Source: Alphaproteobacteria bacterium
GTDB taxonomy: Bacteria; Pseudomonadota; Alphaproteobacteria; SP197
Assembly: GCA_964291415.2 (NCBI GenBank)
Contig: OZ219918.1
Coordinates: forward strand, 1,088,001 to 1,152,000
DNA: 64,000 nt
Direction of reading: 5' to 3'
Position 1 is the first letter of the stretch; the number at the start of each line of letters is the position of its first letter. Below, piece by piece: positions 49,515 to 58,203 of this stretch. A program made the translations under genes and the position numbers. Under the pieces are notes generated by a model, which ran no database searches, was not told the DNA's origin, and saw only the letters and a program-made list of their open reading frames with translations.

Positions 49515-49640
49515 GGGTGTGGGTTCCCGCGCAGATGAGGCTGCCGCCTATGCCCTATCGGAGCGCATGAATCCAGTCCGAAAGTGCCGGTTTCCGGCAT
49601 CGCGCCTGACAGCGACCGGGCCGGGTTCGGGCCGAAGCCG

Positions 49641-51350
49641 TCACATGAGGAAGTAGCGCCTGGAGAGAGCCACGTGATGGATGGGAGGGACGTCGAGGAG
49701 AACGCCGTCGGCATGGACTTCGAAGGTTCCCGGATCGACCCAGATCTGCGGCAGGGCGTCATTGCGAACCATGTCCTTTTTGGAAAGATGCCGTGTACCC
49801 GTTGCCGGCAGCAATGTCCGGCCGAGGCCGAGCCTTCGATCGAGACCGCTGTCGATGGCGAGGGGATGGACGAAGACGAACGACACCCGGTCGGGAGCGC
49901 CGCCGCAGGCGGGCCAGGACTCGCGATACACGAGGGGTTCGCTTATCGACAGCGATGCCGCCGCCGTGCCGGACGGACTCCACACCTCGGCGCCAGCCTT
50001 GAAGACCTGCTGTGCCTTGACCCCGAAGAACTCCGGGCGCCACAGCACGATATCGGCGATCTTGCCGACCTCGATGCTGCCGACATCTCCGGCGATGCCG
50101 AAGGTGATGGCCGGGTTGATGGTCACCTTGGCGAGGTAACGCAGGATCCGGGCATTGTCCGCGTTGTCGAAGGGTTCGTCGCCAAGCGGTCCCCGGCGAT
50201 CCTTCATCGCTGAGGCGAGGCGCCACATGCCAGCGATCACATCCATCACCCGCCCCATCCCCTCGGCGTCGGAGCCGGCCATGGAGATGGCGCCGAGGTC
50301 GTGCAGCACGTCTTCGGCGGCCATGGACTGGGGGCGCAGCCGGCTCTCGGCGAAGGCGACATCCTCCGGCACGTCCCCTCGCAGGGTATGGCACAGCATC
50401 ATCATGTCCATGTGCTCGCCCAGGGCATTGAGGGTGAAGGGGTTCGTGGGTGTGGTGGAGGACGGCAGGCAATGGCGTTCTCCGTTGCAGCGAATGATGT
50501 CGGGCGCATGTCCGCCACCGGCGCCCTCGGTGTGGTACATGTGAATGGTACGGCCCGCGATGGCCTCCATCGTTGCCTCGTAAAACCCCGATTCGTTCAT
50601 CGAGTCGGTGTGCAGCTGGACCTGGAAGTCCAGCTGGTCGGCAACGCCGAGACAGGTGTCGATGAGAGCCGGCGTGGCCCCGAGGTCCTCGTGGATCTTC
50701 ACGCCAATGACACCGGAGGCCAGCTGTTCCTCGATGGCGGCAGGCCGGCTGGCGCCGCCGCGGCTGAAGAGACCGAAGTTCATCGGATAGCGCCGGATCG
50801 CCTGCAGCATGATGGCGTTCGCCCAGCCGCCGCCGCTGTCGGTGGTCCAGCACCCCGCAAATCCACCGCCGATCATCGTGGTGAGGCCGGCAGAAAGCGC
50901 GTGCCACACCTCGGCCGGCTGCAGGTAGTGGGCATGGACGTCGATTCCTCCCGGCGTGGCGATCAGCCCCTGTCCGTTGATGTGCTTGGTTCCCGGACCG
51001 ATCACCATGTCCGGCGAGACACCCGCCATGAAGGCGGGATTGCCGGCCTTGCCGATGGCATGGATGCGACCGTCGCGCACACCGACGTCCGCCTTGTAGA
51101 TGCCGCCGACAGGGCACATGACCACGACATTGCAGAAGACGGTCTCGAGAGCTCCCTCGTCGAGTCTGAGGCCGCCGTGAATGCCGGCGTCGCCACGCAG
51201 GGTCTTGCCGAGGCCCGTGATCCCTTCCTCGCCATGGGTGGCGTGGTCGTGTTCGATGCGGGCAATGAGGCTGGTGTCGCCAAGGCGGATGCGGTCTCCC
51301 GTGGTGGGTCCGAAGAGGGCCGCATAGCGTTCCCGGGTCATCGTTGCCAT
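49641..51350 (-). CDS. ureC: Urease alpha-subunit paralogue (divergent pocket)
   Basis: FGPTTGDRIRLGDT, GGIDVHAH, KIHED, LHTD..NESG, HTEGAGGGHAPD, LCH, SD..GMGR, TINPA, RYFL. Confidence 0.9.
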   Translation of the reverse strand: MATMTRERYAALFGPTTGDRIRLGDTSLIARIEHDHATHGEEGITGLGKTLRGDAGIHGGLRLDEGALETVFCNVVVMCPVGGIYKADVGVRDGRIHAIGKAGNPAFMAGVSPDMVIGPGTKHINGQGLIATPGGIDVHAHYLQPAEVWHALSAGLTTMIGGGFAGCWTTDSGGGWANAIMLQAIRRYPMNFGLFSRGGASRPAAIEEQLASGVIGVKIHEDLGATPALIDTCLGVADQLDFQVQLHTDSMNESGFYEATMEAIAGRTIHMYHTEGAGGGHAPDIIRCNGERHCLPSSTTPTNPFTLNALGEHMDMMMLCHTLRGDVPEDVAFAESRLRPQSMAAEDVLHDLGAISMAGSDAEGMGRVMDVIAGMWRLASAMKDRRGPLGDEPFDNADNARILRYLAKVTINPAITFGIAGDVGSIEVGKIADIVLWRPEFFGVKAQQVFKAGAEVWSPSGTAAASLSISEPLVYRESWPACGGAPDRVSFVFVHPLAIDSGLDRRLGLGRTLLPATGTRHLSKKDMVRNDALPQIWVDPGTFEVHADGVLLDVPPIHHVALSRRYFLM

Positions 51351-51352
51351 GG

Positions 51353-52048
51353 TCAGGCCCCCCGGAATCCGCGCTCGCGGGCCCGGGCGAGGGCCCGCTC
51401 CCGGACATCCGGATCGTGGATGTTGCCCTCGGTAAGGCGATTGAACCCCTGGATGTCACCGCTTCCGGCGATGGCGGTCAGCATCACAGTGCGGTGTTCG
51501 CCCGGATCGAACCGGGCGCTCGCTCCGGCGGGAAGATCAAGACGCCTGCCGAAGGCCGCAGCACGATCGAACTCGAGGTCGCGGTTGGCCTCGAAGAAGT
51601 GATAGTGGCTGGCCACGTGGATCGGCCGGTCGCCGTGGTTGAGAACAGTGAGTTCGGTCTTGGCGCTGCCGTCGTTGAGAGTGATGTCGCCCTCGCCAAC
51701 CAGCAATTCTCCGGGACGGCAGGCGGTATCCGACGCCTGGATTCCAGGACGAACCGGTTGCCAGACGGTGACTGTCTTCAGGCCGTCGTCGAACTGGGCA
51801 TCGACGTTGACGAGATCGATCATCTCCGCCACGCCGGGGAGTACGTCATCGGTCGTCAGGAGTGCCGCGGCGGCACTGCGGACCTCGGCCAGCGTGCGCC
51901 CGTCACGGGCGGCCTCCATGATTTCGTCGGCGATCAGCGCCACCGCCTCGGGCTGATTCAGCCTGAGGCCACGGGCCCTTCGCTTGCGTGCGAGCTCCGC
52001 CGCCGTGAAGAGGGTCAAGCGGTCGATTTCCGCGGGTGTGAGCATCAT
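51353..52048 (-). CDS. ureAB: Fused urease gamma-beta subunit
   Basis: Gamma part: LTPAE...RGLRLNQPEA..ARDG. Beta part: GDRPIHVASHYHFFEAN...RLDLPAG..RFDPGE. Confidence 0.93.
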   Translation of the reverse strand: MMLTPAEIDRLTLFTAAELARKRRARGLRLNQPEAVALIADEIMEAARDGRTLAEVRSAAAALLTTDDVLPGVAEMIDLVNVDAQFDDGLKTVTVWQPVRPGIQASDTACRPGELLVGEGDITLNDGSAKTELTVLNHGDRPIHVASHYHFFEANRDLEFDRAAAFGRRLDLPAGASARFDPGEHRTVMLTAIAGSGDIQGFNRLTEGNIHDPDVRERALARARERGFRGA

Positions 52049-52104
52049 GGGTCAGGTGTTCTCCGGTGTTGCGAAGTCGGCAGGTGGCGCCATCGCCCTC
52101 TCGC

Positions 52105-52560
52105 TCAGGGGTCGAAAGCACGGTGAACGATGCGGTCGCCAGGTTCGAGACCCAGCCGCCGGGAGGTCCCGGCGAGCACCTCGAGGACACCGGCTGCCGG
52201 GGCGCCGGAAGGGATGGACGTCTCGTCGAGCGGTCGGGCGTCGGCGGCGATGGAGACGATCACTCCGTGACGGTCGAGAAAGATGATGTCGAGGGGAAGA
52301 TAGGTGTTCTTCATCCAGAAGCTGCGCGGAGCTTCCCTGGTGTAGAGAAACAGCATGCCCTCGTCTTCGGCCATGGTCTTGCGGAACATGAGCCCGCGGG
52401 AACGCTGTTGAGGCGTGACGGCGAGGTCCACATGGAATGTCCACGACAGGTTGTCCGCGGTGACGACGTCCAGGACGTCCCTGGCAAATGTGATGTCGTC
52501 CTCCGCGGCGGCCGGGAAGGCGATCGCTACCACCAGAACGCGCAGCAGCCGGGAACACAA
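52105..52560 (-). CDS. DUF192-family exported protein
   Basis: RGLMFR, GMLF, FWMKNTYLPLDIIF, VLEVLAG; signal peptide. The TTG start is uncertain. Confidence 0.85.
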   Translation of the reverse strand: MCSRLLRVLVVAIAFPAAAEDDITFARDVLDVVTADNLSWTFHVDLAVTPQQRSRGLMFRKTMAEDEGMLFLYTREAPRSFWMKNTYLPLDIIFLDRHGVIVSIAADARPLDETSIPSGAPAAGVLEVLAGTSRRLGLEPGDRIVHRAFDP

Positions 52561-52630
52561 GCCTTGTCCCCGCTTCGCTCTTGGGCATACTCGGGCGGGC
52601 CACGTGAATGGAGAGGGTGCTGTGGGTCGC

Positions 52631-53098
52631 ATGATCAGCCTCGCGGTCGTGCTCTTGGGCGTATGGTTCGTCCTCAGTGGCTCCACCGACCCGTTTCTTC
52701 TCGCATCGGGTGTCGTCAGCGTGCTGCTTGTCGTGATCATTGCCCATCGCATGGGAATGATCGACGAGGAAGGGTTTCCGATCCAGCTTCTTGGCCGGGT
52801 GATCCTCTACCTGCCCTGGCTCGTCTGCCAGATTGCGATTGCCAACCTTGCCGTGGCACGCACCATCCTTGCTCCGTCGATGAAGCTCGATTCCGGGTCG
52901 GCCTGGGTGCCGGCCAGCCAGAAGACAGCGGTGGGTCTCGTCGTGTTCGCCAATTCGATCACCCTGACTCCGGGCACTGTCTCCCTGTCGGTTCTCGAGG
53001 ACCGCATCCACGTGCACGCTCTTTCCAGGAAGAGTCTCGAAGACCTGCATCAGGGCGAAATGGATCGCCGGGTCAGCGCCGTCGAGGGCCGGCGCTGA
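52631..53098 (+). CDS. mrpE: Na+/H+ antiporter subunit E
   Basis: ANSITLTPGT, IHVHAL. Confidence 0.92.
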   Translation: MISLAVVLLGVWFVLSGSTDPFLLASGVVSVLLVVIIAHRMGMIDEEGFPIQLLGRVILYLPWLVCQIAIANLAVARTILAPSMKLDSGSAWVPASQKTAVGLVVFANSITLTPGTVSLSVLEDRIHVHALSRKSLEDLHQGEMDRRVSAVEGRR

Positions 53099-53361
53099 TG
53101 TTCGTGGCAGTGACGGCCCTGCTGGTGGCGTCCATGGCCATCACCCTGGTGCGGGTCGTGCGCGGTCCCACGCCCTACGACCGCATTCTCGGGGTCAATG
53201 TTCACGGTACGATGACCGTCCTGCTGATTGCCGTGACGGGCTACCTGACAGGGCGGCCGGATTTCCTCGACCTTTCCATTGCCTATGCCCTGCTCAACTT
53301 TGTCGGCACCCTTGCGGCGTTGAAGTACTTCAGGTTCGGCCACCTTGGAGACGAACCTTGA
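53098..53361 (+). CDS. mrpF: Na+/H+ antiporter subunit F
   Basis: GPTPYDRIL, LD..IAYALLNFVGT; TGATG coupling. Confidence 0.9.
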   Translation: MFVAVTALLVASMAITLVRVVRGPTPYDRILGVNVHGTMTVLLIAVTGYLTGRPDFLDLSIAYALLNFVGTLAALKYFRFGHLGDEP

Positions 53362-53690
53362 GCATTCTGATCGACGTCGTGAGCTGGGTCGCTCTGGTGG
53401 CCGGCGGTCTGTTGATGGTGACGAGTGCGCTCGGCATGGTGCGCCTGCCGAATCTCTTCACGAGACTTCATGCCGGCAGTCTGGCCGATACAGGCGGCGT
53501 GGGCCTGATCCTGCTGGGCCTCGTCCTGCAGACCGAACCGGGCCTCAATACACTGAAGCTGTTCCTGATCGGTTTCGTGCTGTTCCTGACGACACCGGCC
53601 GCCAGCCACGCCGTGGGGCACGCGGCGCTTCTCGGAGGTCTCTCCCCCGATTCCGGAAATGCGGACGACAGCCAGAGCACGGGTTCGTGA
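53358..53690 (+). CDS. mrpG: Na+/H+ antiporter subunit G
   Basis: GMVRLPNLFTRLHA, TTPAASHA. Confidence 0.92.
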   Translation: MSILIDVVSWVALVAGGLLMVTSALGMVRLPNLFTRLHAGSLADTGGVGLILLGLVLQTEPGLNTLKLFLIGFVLFLTTPAASHAVGHAALLGGLSPDSGNADDSQSTGS

Positions 53691-54232
53691 CGGAAGAGTT
53701 TTCCATTTTCGGACTTGTCGTCCTGCTGATCGTCCTGGCGCTCGCCATCGTCAGGCTGACCAACCTGCTGGCGGTCGCCATTCTGGCCGGCGCCATGAGT
53801 TTCATTCTGGCGACGGCCTACACGCTGCTCGATGCCGTCGACGTTGCCTTTACGGAAGCCGTGGTGGGCGCCGGCATTTCCCTTGCCCTCATGCTCGCGG
53901 CGATCTCGTTGACGACGCGCCAGGAAGCACCGTGGCGGCGACGGTCTTCAGAACGGATCCTGGCGCTCCTGGTGAGCCTCGCATCCGGTGCGGGCCTTCT
54001 CTATGCCACCCTCGACATGCCGCTCCTCGGGGATCCGGCATCCCCGGCCAACCTTCATGTCGCGGCCCGCTACATCGCCGAGAGTCCGGCGAGCACCGGG
54101 GTTCCCAACATGGTGACGGCGATCCTTGCCAGTTATCGGGGCTTCGACACGCTGGGGGAGGTCGCGGTGATCTTCACGGCCGGTATTGGCGTCATTGCCC
54201 TGCTGCGGCACTGGCGCAAGGGTGAGGCATGA
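53687..54232 (+). CDS. Mrp subunit B-related protein (DUF4040; corresponds to the MrpA C-terminal region)
   Basis: DVAFTEAVVGAG, NMVTAILASYRGFDTLGE. Confidence 0.88.
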   Translation: MTEEFSIFGLVVLLIVLALAIVRLTNLLAVAILAGAMSFILATAYTLLDAVDVAFTEAVVGAGISLALMLAAISLTTRQEAPWRRRSSERILALLVSLASGAGLLYATLDMPLLGDPASPANLHVAARYIAESPASTGVPNMVTAILASYRGFDTLGEVAVIFTAGIGVIALLRHWRKGEA

Positions 54233-54654
54233 ACGAGTTCATTCTTGTTCGCGTGGTCGTCAAGATCATGGTGCCGTTCATCCTCCTGTTTGCACTCTAC
54301 GTGCAGATGCACGGCGACTACGGCCCGGGCGGCGGTTTTCAGGCTGGTGTCATCTTCGCCACGGGCATCATCGTCTACACCATCGTCTTCGGAATCGGGA
54401 GAGCCGTCGAGGCTGTGCCCATGTCCGCCGTCATGGCCATGGTGTGTTGCGGGCTGATCCTCTATGCCGGCACCGGTTTTGCGACGATGGCGCTGGGTGG
54501 CGAGTACCTCAACTACAGTGTTCTCGACAGTGACGATCCCGTGCATGGACAGCATGCCGGCATCATCATCATCGAGCTCGGCGTCGGAATCACGGTCGCC
54601 GGTGTGTTGACCGCCGTCTTTCTCGTCTTTGCCGAACGCAGGGCACGGCGATGA
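54229..54654 (+). CDS. mrpB: Na+/H+ antiporter subunit B
   Basis: HGDYGPGGGFQAG, ELGVG. Confidence 0.92.
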   Translation: MNEFILVRVVVKIMVPFILLFALYVQMHGDYGPGGGFQAGVIFATGIIVYTIVFGIGRAVEAVPMSAVMAMVCCGLILYAGTGFATMALGGEYLNYSVLDSDDPVHGQHAGIIIIELGVGITVAGVLTAVFLVFAERRARR

Positions 54655-55013
54655 GTCCGGTCGATTTCGTCATCGGACATGCGTTGCAGTGGGGTTCGGT
54701 CGCACTGCTGATGATCGGACTCTACATCGTCATGACCCGCGGCAACCTCATCAAGAAAGTGGCCGGTCTCAACATCTTCCAGGGCGGCGTCTTCCTGTTC
54801 TACATCTCACTTTCCAATGTCCGCGACGGCACGGCGCCAATCGTTCATGGGGACGCGGCGCTCTATACCAACCCGCTGCCACATGTCCTCATCCTGACAG
54901 CCATCGTGGTTGCGGTGGCCACCACGTCACTGGCGCTCGCACTGATCGTGCGCATCCGCGAATCCTACGGTTCCATCGAAGAAGACGAGATGGCCAAGGT
55001 GGACCTGGACTGA
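54651..55013 (+). CDS. mrpC: Na+/H+ antiporter subunit C
   Basis: NLIKK, NPLPHVLILTAIVV. Confidence 0.93.
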   Translation: MSPVDFVIGHALQWGSVALLMIGLYIVMTRGNLIKKVAGLNIFQGGVFLFYISLSNVRDGTAPIVHGDAALYTNPLPHVLILTAIVVAVATTSLALALIVRIRESYGSIEEDEMAKVDLD

Positions 55014-55017
55014 CCGC

Positions 55018-56493
55018 ATGGGTCTGCTCCAGCAGCTTCCCGCACTCCAGGTGGCGGTGCCGCTCATCGGTGCGCCCTTGTGCGCGCTCGTGGGCAGGCC
55101 GCGCCTGGCCTGGATGTTCGCTGTCGCGGTGGCATGGATTACCTTCGCCATCTCCGTCGCGCTTCTGGAGCATGTTCTCGATGCCGGCCCCATCCACTAC
55201 ACCATGGGTGGCTGGCCCGAAATTCTCGGCATCGCCTATGTGATCGATCCTCTCAATGCCCTGGTCCTGGTCCTGGTGTCGGGCATGGCCGCGATCATCA
55301 TGCCGGCAACCCGGACCGGCATCGATGTCGAGGTGGTGCACAGGGCACGGCATCTGTTCCACACGATGGCGCTGCTCGCCCTGGCCGGCATGCTCGGCAT
55401 CGCCATTACCGGCGACATCTTCAATCTCTACGTCTTCCTCGAGATCTCGTCCCTGGCGAGCTACGCGCTCGTGGCCATGGGTATCGACCGGCGGGCGACA
55501 CGGGCGGCCTTCCACTATCTCGTGCAGGGAACCATCGGCGCCACGTTCATTCTCGTCGGCATCGGGCTTGCCTACATGATGACGGGCACCCTCAACATGG
55601 CGGACATGGCCGCCCGCCTTCCGGGCGTCAGTCACACGGCGCCAATCCAGGCCGCGCTGGCCTTCATTCTCATCGGAACGGCCATCAAGGCGGCCATCTT
55701 CCCGGCCCACTCCTGGATGCCCAACGCCTACACCTACGCGCCGTCACTGGTGTCCGCCTTCTTCGGCGCCACGGCAACCAAGATCGGCGCCTACATGCTG
55801 CTGCGCCTCGTCTACAGCGTTTTCGGTGCGGACTACGCCTTCGGGGAGATGAAGATCGGGTGGGTGCTCATACCGCTGGGGCTGGCGGGCGCTGTCGCCG
55901 GTTCCGTCGTTGCGGTGTGGCAGCACGATCTCAGGCGCATGCTTGCCTATTCCAGCGTCGCCCAGGTGGGCTACATCGCCGCCGCCATCGGCTTCGCCAA
56001 TCACGATGGCCTCATTGCCGCCATTGTCCATGTCTTCAACCACGGACTCATGAAGGGTGCGCTCTTCCTCGTCATGGCCTGCGTCATCATGAGACTGGGC
56101 AAGGCGGACATGGAGAGTTTCCGGGGCCTGGGACGGCGCATGCCGGTGACCATGGGCTGCTTTGTCGTGGCCGGCCTCTCGATGATCGGCGTTCCGGCGA
56201 CCGTGGGTTTCGTCTCCAAGTGGTATCTCGTGAGCAGCGCACTTGATGCCGGGCTGTGGCCGCTGGCCCTCGTCATCGTGGCCGCCTCCCTGATCGCGGT
56301 CATCTACATCTGGCGGGTGGTCGACGTTGCCTACTTCACGGACCCGCCTCCGGGAGCGAGAGACGAGGCGCCGGCCATGCTGGTGATACCGGCCGTGGTC
56401 CTGTGCGCGCTCTGCGTCGTGCTTGGCGTGACCACTGACCTCACGGTCGGCGTGGCGGACACCGCGGCACGACTCCTTGGAGGAGCGCCGTGA
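55018..56493 (+). CDS. mrpD: Na+/H+ antiporter subunit D, copy 1
   Basis: GDIFNLYVFLE, IKAAIFPAHSWMPNAY, RMLAYSS, NHGLMK, GFVSKW. Confidence 0.92.
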   Translation: MGLLQQLPALQVAVPLIGAPLCALVGRPRLAWMFAVAVAWITFAISVALLEHVLDAGPIHYTMGGWPEILGIAYVIDPLNALVLVLVSGMAAIIMPATRTGIDVEVVHRARHLFHTMALLALAGMLGIAITGDIFNLYVFLEISSLASYALVAMGIDRRATRAAFHYLVQGTIGATFILVGIGLAYMMTGTLNMADMAARLPGVSHTAPIQAALAFILIGTAIKAAIFPAHSWMPNAYTYAPSLVSAFFGATATKIGAYMLLRLVYSVFGADYAFGEMKIGWVLIPLGLAGAVAGSVVAVWQHDLRRMLAYSSVAQVGYIAAAIGFANHDGLIAAIVHVFNHGLMKGALFLVMACVIMRLGKADMESFRGLGRRMPVTMGCFVVAGLSMIGVPATVGFVSKWYLVSSALDAGLWPLALVIVAASLIAVIYIWRVVDVAYFTDPPPGARDEAPAMLVIPAVVLCALCVVLGVTTDLTVGVADTAARLLGGAP

Positions 56494-57953
56494 CCGGTCA
56501 GGTGCTGCTGTACGCCCTTCTCGTGCCGCTCGTCACCGCCGCAGGGGTCCTGGCGGCTCACCGCTGGCCCAACGTCAGGGAAGCGGTGAGTCTCGCCGGG
56601 GGCACGATCCTGTTCATCACGCTGGCTGTCATCGCGGGGAACAGCGACACGATACCCGAACTGGTCGTCGCGGAACCTGTTGTCGGCCTCGCGCTCAAGT
56701 TCGCCCTCGAGCCGCTGGGCGTCGCCTTCGCGCTCATGGCAAGCGGTCTGTGGGTGGTCACGACGATCTATTCGATCGGCTACATGCGCGGTCATCACGA
56801 AACGCATCAGACCCGGTTCTTCGCCTTCTTCGCCGTCGCCATCGCATCGGCGATCGGCGTGGCCCTCGCCGGCAATCTCTTCACCCTCTTCGTGTTCTAC
56901 GAGGCCTTGACTCTGTCGACTTTTCCCCTGGTCAGCCACACCGGAACGGCCCTGGCGAGAAGGGCAGGGCGCACCTATCTCGGCATCCTCATGGGAACGT
57001 CAATCGGCATGTTCCTGGTGGCGATCATCGTGACCTGGCAGGTGGCCGGGACGCTCGACTTCGTTCCCGGAGGCATTCTCGAGGGCAGGGTGACGGACCT
57101 GACCGCCGGGCTCCTGTTGGCGCTCTACGTCTTTGGCATTGGCAAGGCTGCCCTGATGCCGTTTCACCGCTGGCTGCCGGCGGCGATGGCCGCCCCGACG
57201 CCGGTGAGCGCGTTGCTTCACGCCGTCGCCGTCGTCAAGGCGGGTGTCTTCACCATTCTCAAGATCTCATGGTTCACGTTCGGTTTCGACATGCTGCAGG
57301 GTCTCCACGTCCTGGACATCCTGCAGTGGATTGCCGCCTTCACCATCGTCGCCGCATCGCTGGTGGCCATGACACGGGACAATCTCAAGGCAAGGCTCGC
57401 CTATTCGACGGTGAGCCAGCTCTCCTACATCGTCCTGGCTGCCCTGCTCGCCGGCGAAGCCGGCTTTGTGGCGGGCGGCCTTCACATGGTCACCCACGCC
57501 TTCGGCAAGATCACCCTCTTCTACTGCGCCGGGGCCATTCTCGTCGCGACCATGAAGACCCGGGTCTCGGAGCTCGATGGACTGGGACGCTCGATGCCGC
57601 TCACCATGACGGCCTTCACCATCGCCAGCCTCAGCATCATCGGCCTGCCGCCGCTGGGTGGGTTGTGGAGCAAGTGGCTGTTGTTCGAAAGCGCTCTGGA
57701 TGCCGGCCAGATGCTGTTCCTCGCCGTTCTTGCCATCAGCACCCTGCTCAACATCGGCTACCTTCTGGCCATTCCCCTGCGTGCCTTCCTGCGACCGGCA
57801 CGACAGGGAGAACCGGCCGCCTGGCGGGAGGCGCCCGTCACATGTCTCGCGGCCATGGCCATCACGTCGCTGGGCTGCCTGGCACTCTTCTTCTTCCCCG
57901 ATGCCATCACCATGTGGCTGGACAGGGTCTTCATCATGGCTGAGGTTCGCTGA
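56490..57953 (+). CDS. Na+/H+ antiporter subunit D family, copy 2
   Basis: FYEALT, KAALMPFHRWLPAAMAAPTPVSALLHAVAVVKAG, RLAYST, HAFGK. Confidence 0.9.
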   Translation: MTGQVLLYALLVPLVTAAGVLAAHRWPNVREAVSLAGGTILFITLAVIAGNSDTIPELVVAEPVVGLALKFALEPLGVAFALMASGLWVVTTIYSIGYMRGHHETHQTRFFAFFAVAIASAIGVALAGNLFTLFVFYEALTLSTFPLVSHTGTALARRAGRTYLGILMGTSIGMFLVAIIVTWQVAGTLDFVPGGILEGRVTDLTAGLLLALYVFGIGKAALMPFHRWLPAAMAAPTPVSALLHAVAVVKAGVFTILKISWFTFGFDMLQGLHVLDILQWIAAFTIVAASLVAMTRDNLKARLAYSTVSQLSYIVLAALLAGEAGFVAGGLHMVTHAFGKITLFYCAGAILVATMKTRVSELDGLGRSMPLTMTAFTIASLSIIGLPPLGGLWSKWLLFESALDAGQMLFLAVLAISTLLNIGYLLAIPLRAFLRPARQGEPAAWREAPVTCLAAMAITSLGCLALFFFPDAITMWLDRVFIMAEVR

Positions 57954-57954
57954 C

Positions 57955-58203
57955 ATGAGCGACGGGAAACGCCGTTTTCTGGACAACCCCAGAAACGTCC
58001 GCTGGATCATCCGGACGCTCTACGCTGTGTGCTTTCTGCTTGTGGCAGCCGACTTCGTGGTGCACCGGCACATCAAGCATCCCTTCGAGGCGCTGTTCGG
58101 TTTCCACGCCCTCTACGGTCTTGTCGCCTGCGTCGTCCTGGTGCTGTTGGCGCGTGAACTGCGCAGGCTCGTGATGCGCCGGGAAGATCACTACGATGAC
58201 TAG
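57955..58203 (+). CDS. Small two-TM protein within the mrp operon
   Basis: MSDGKRRFLDNPRNV...GFHALYG...MRREDHYD; tightly packed with both neighbours. Confidence 0.75.
   Translation: MSDGKRRFLDNPRNVRWIIRTLYAVCFLLVAADFVVHRHIKHPFEALFGFHALYGLVACVVLVLLARELRRLVMRREDHYDD

Noticed and set aside
49759-51459. 566-aa same-strand alternative-frame ORF over ureC
   Set aside because: Arg/Pro/Gly-rich off-frame product of GC-biased codons.
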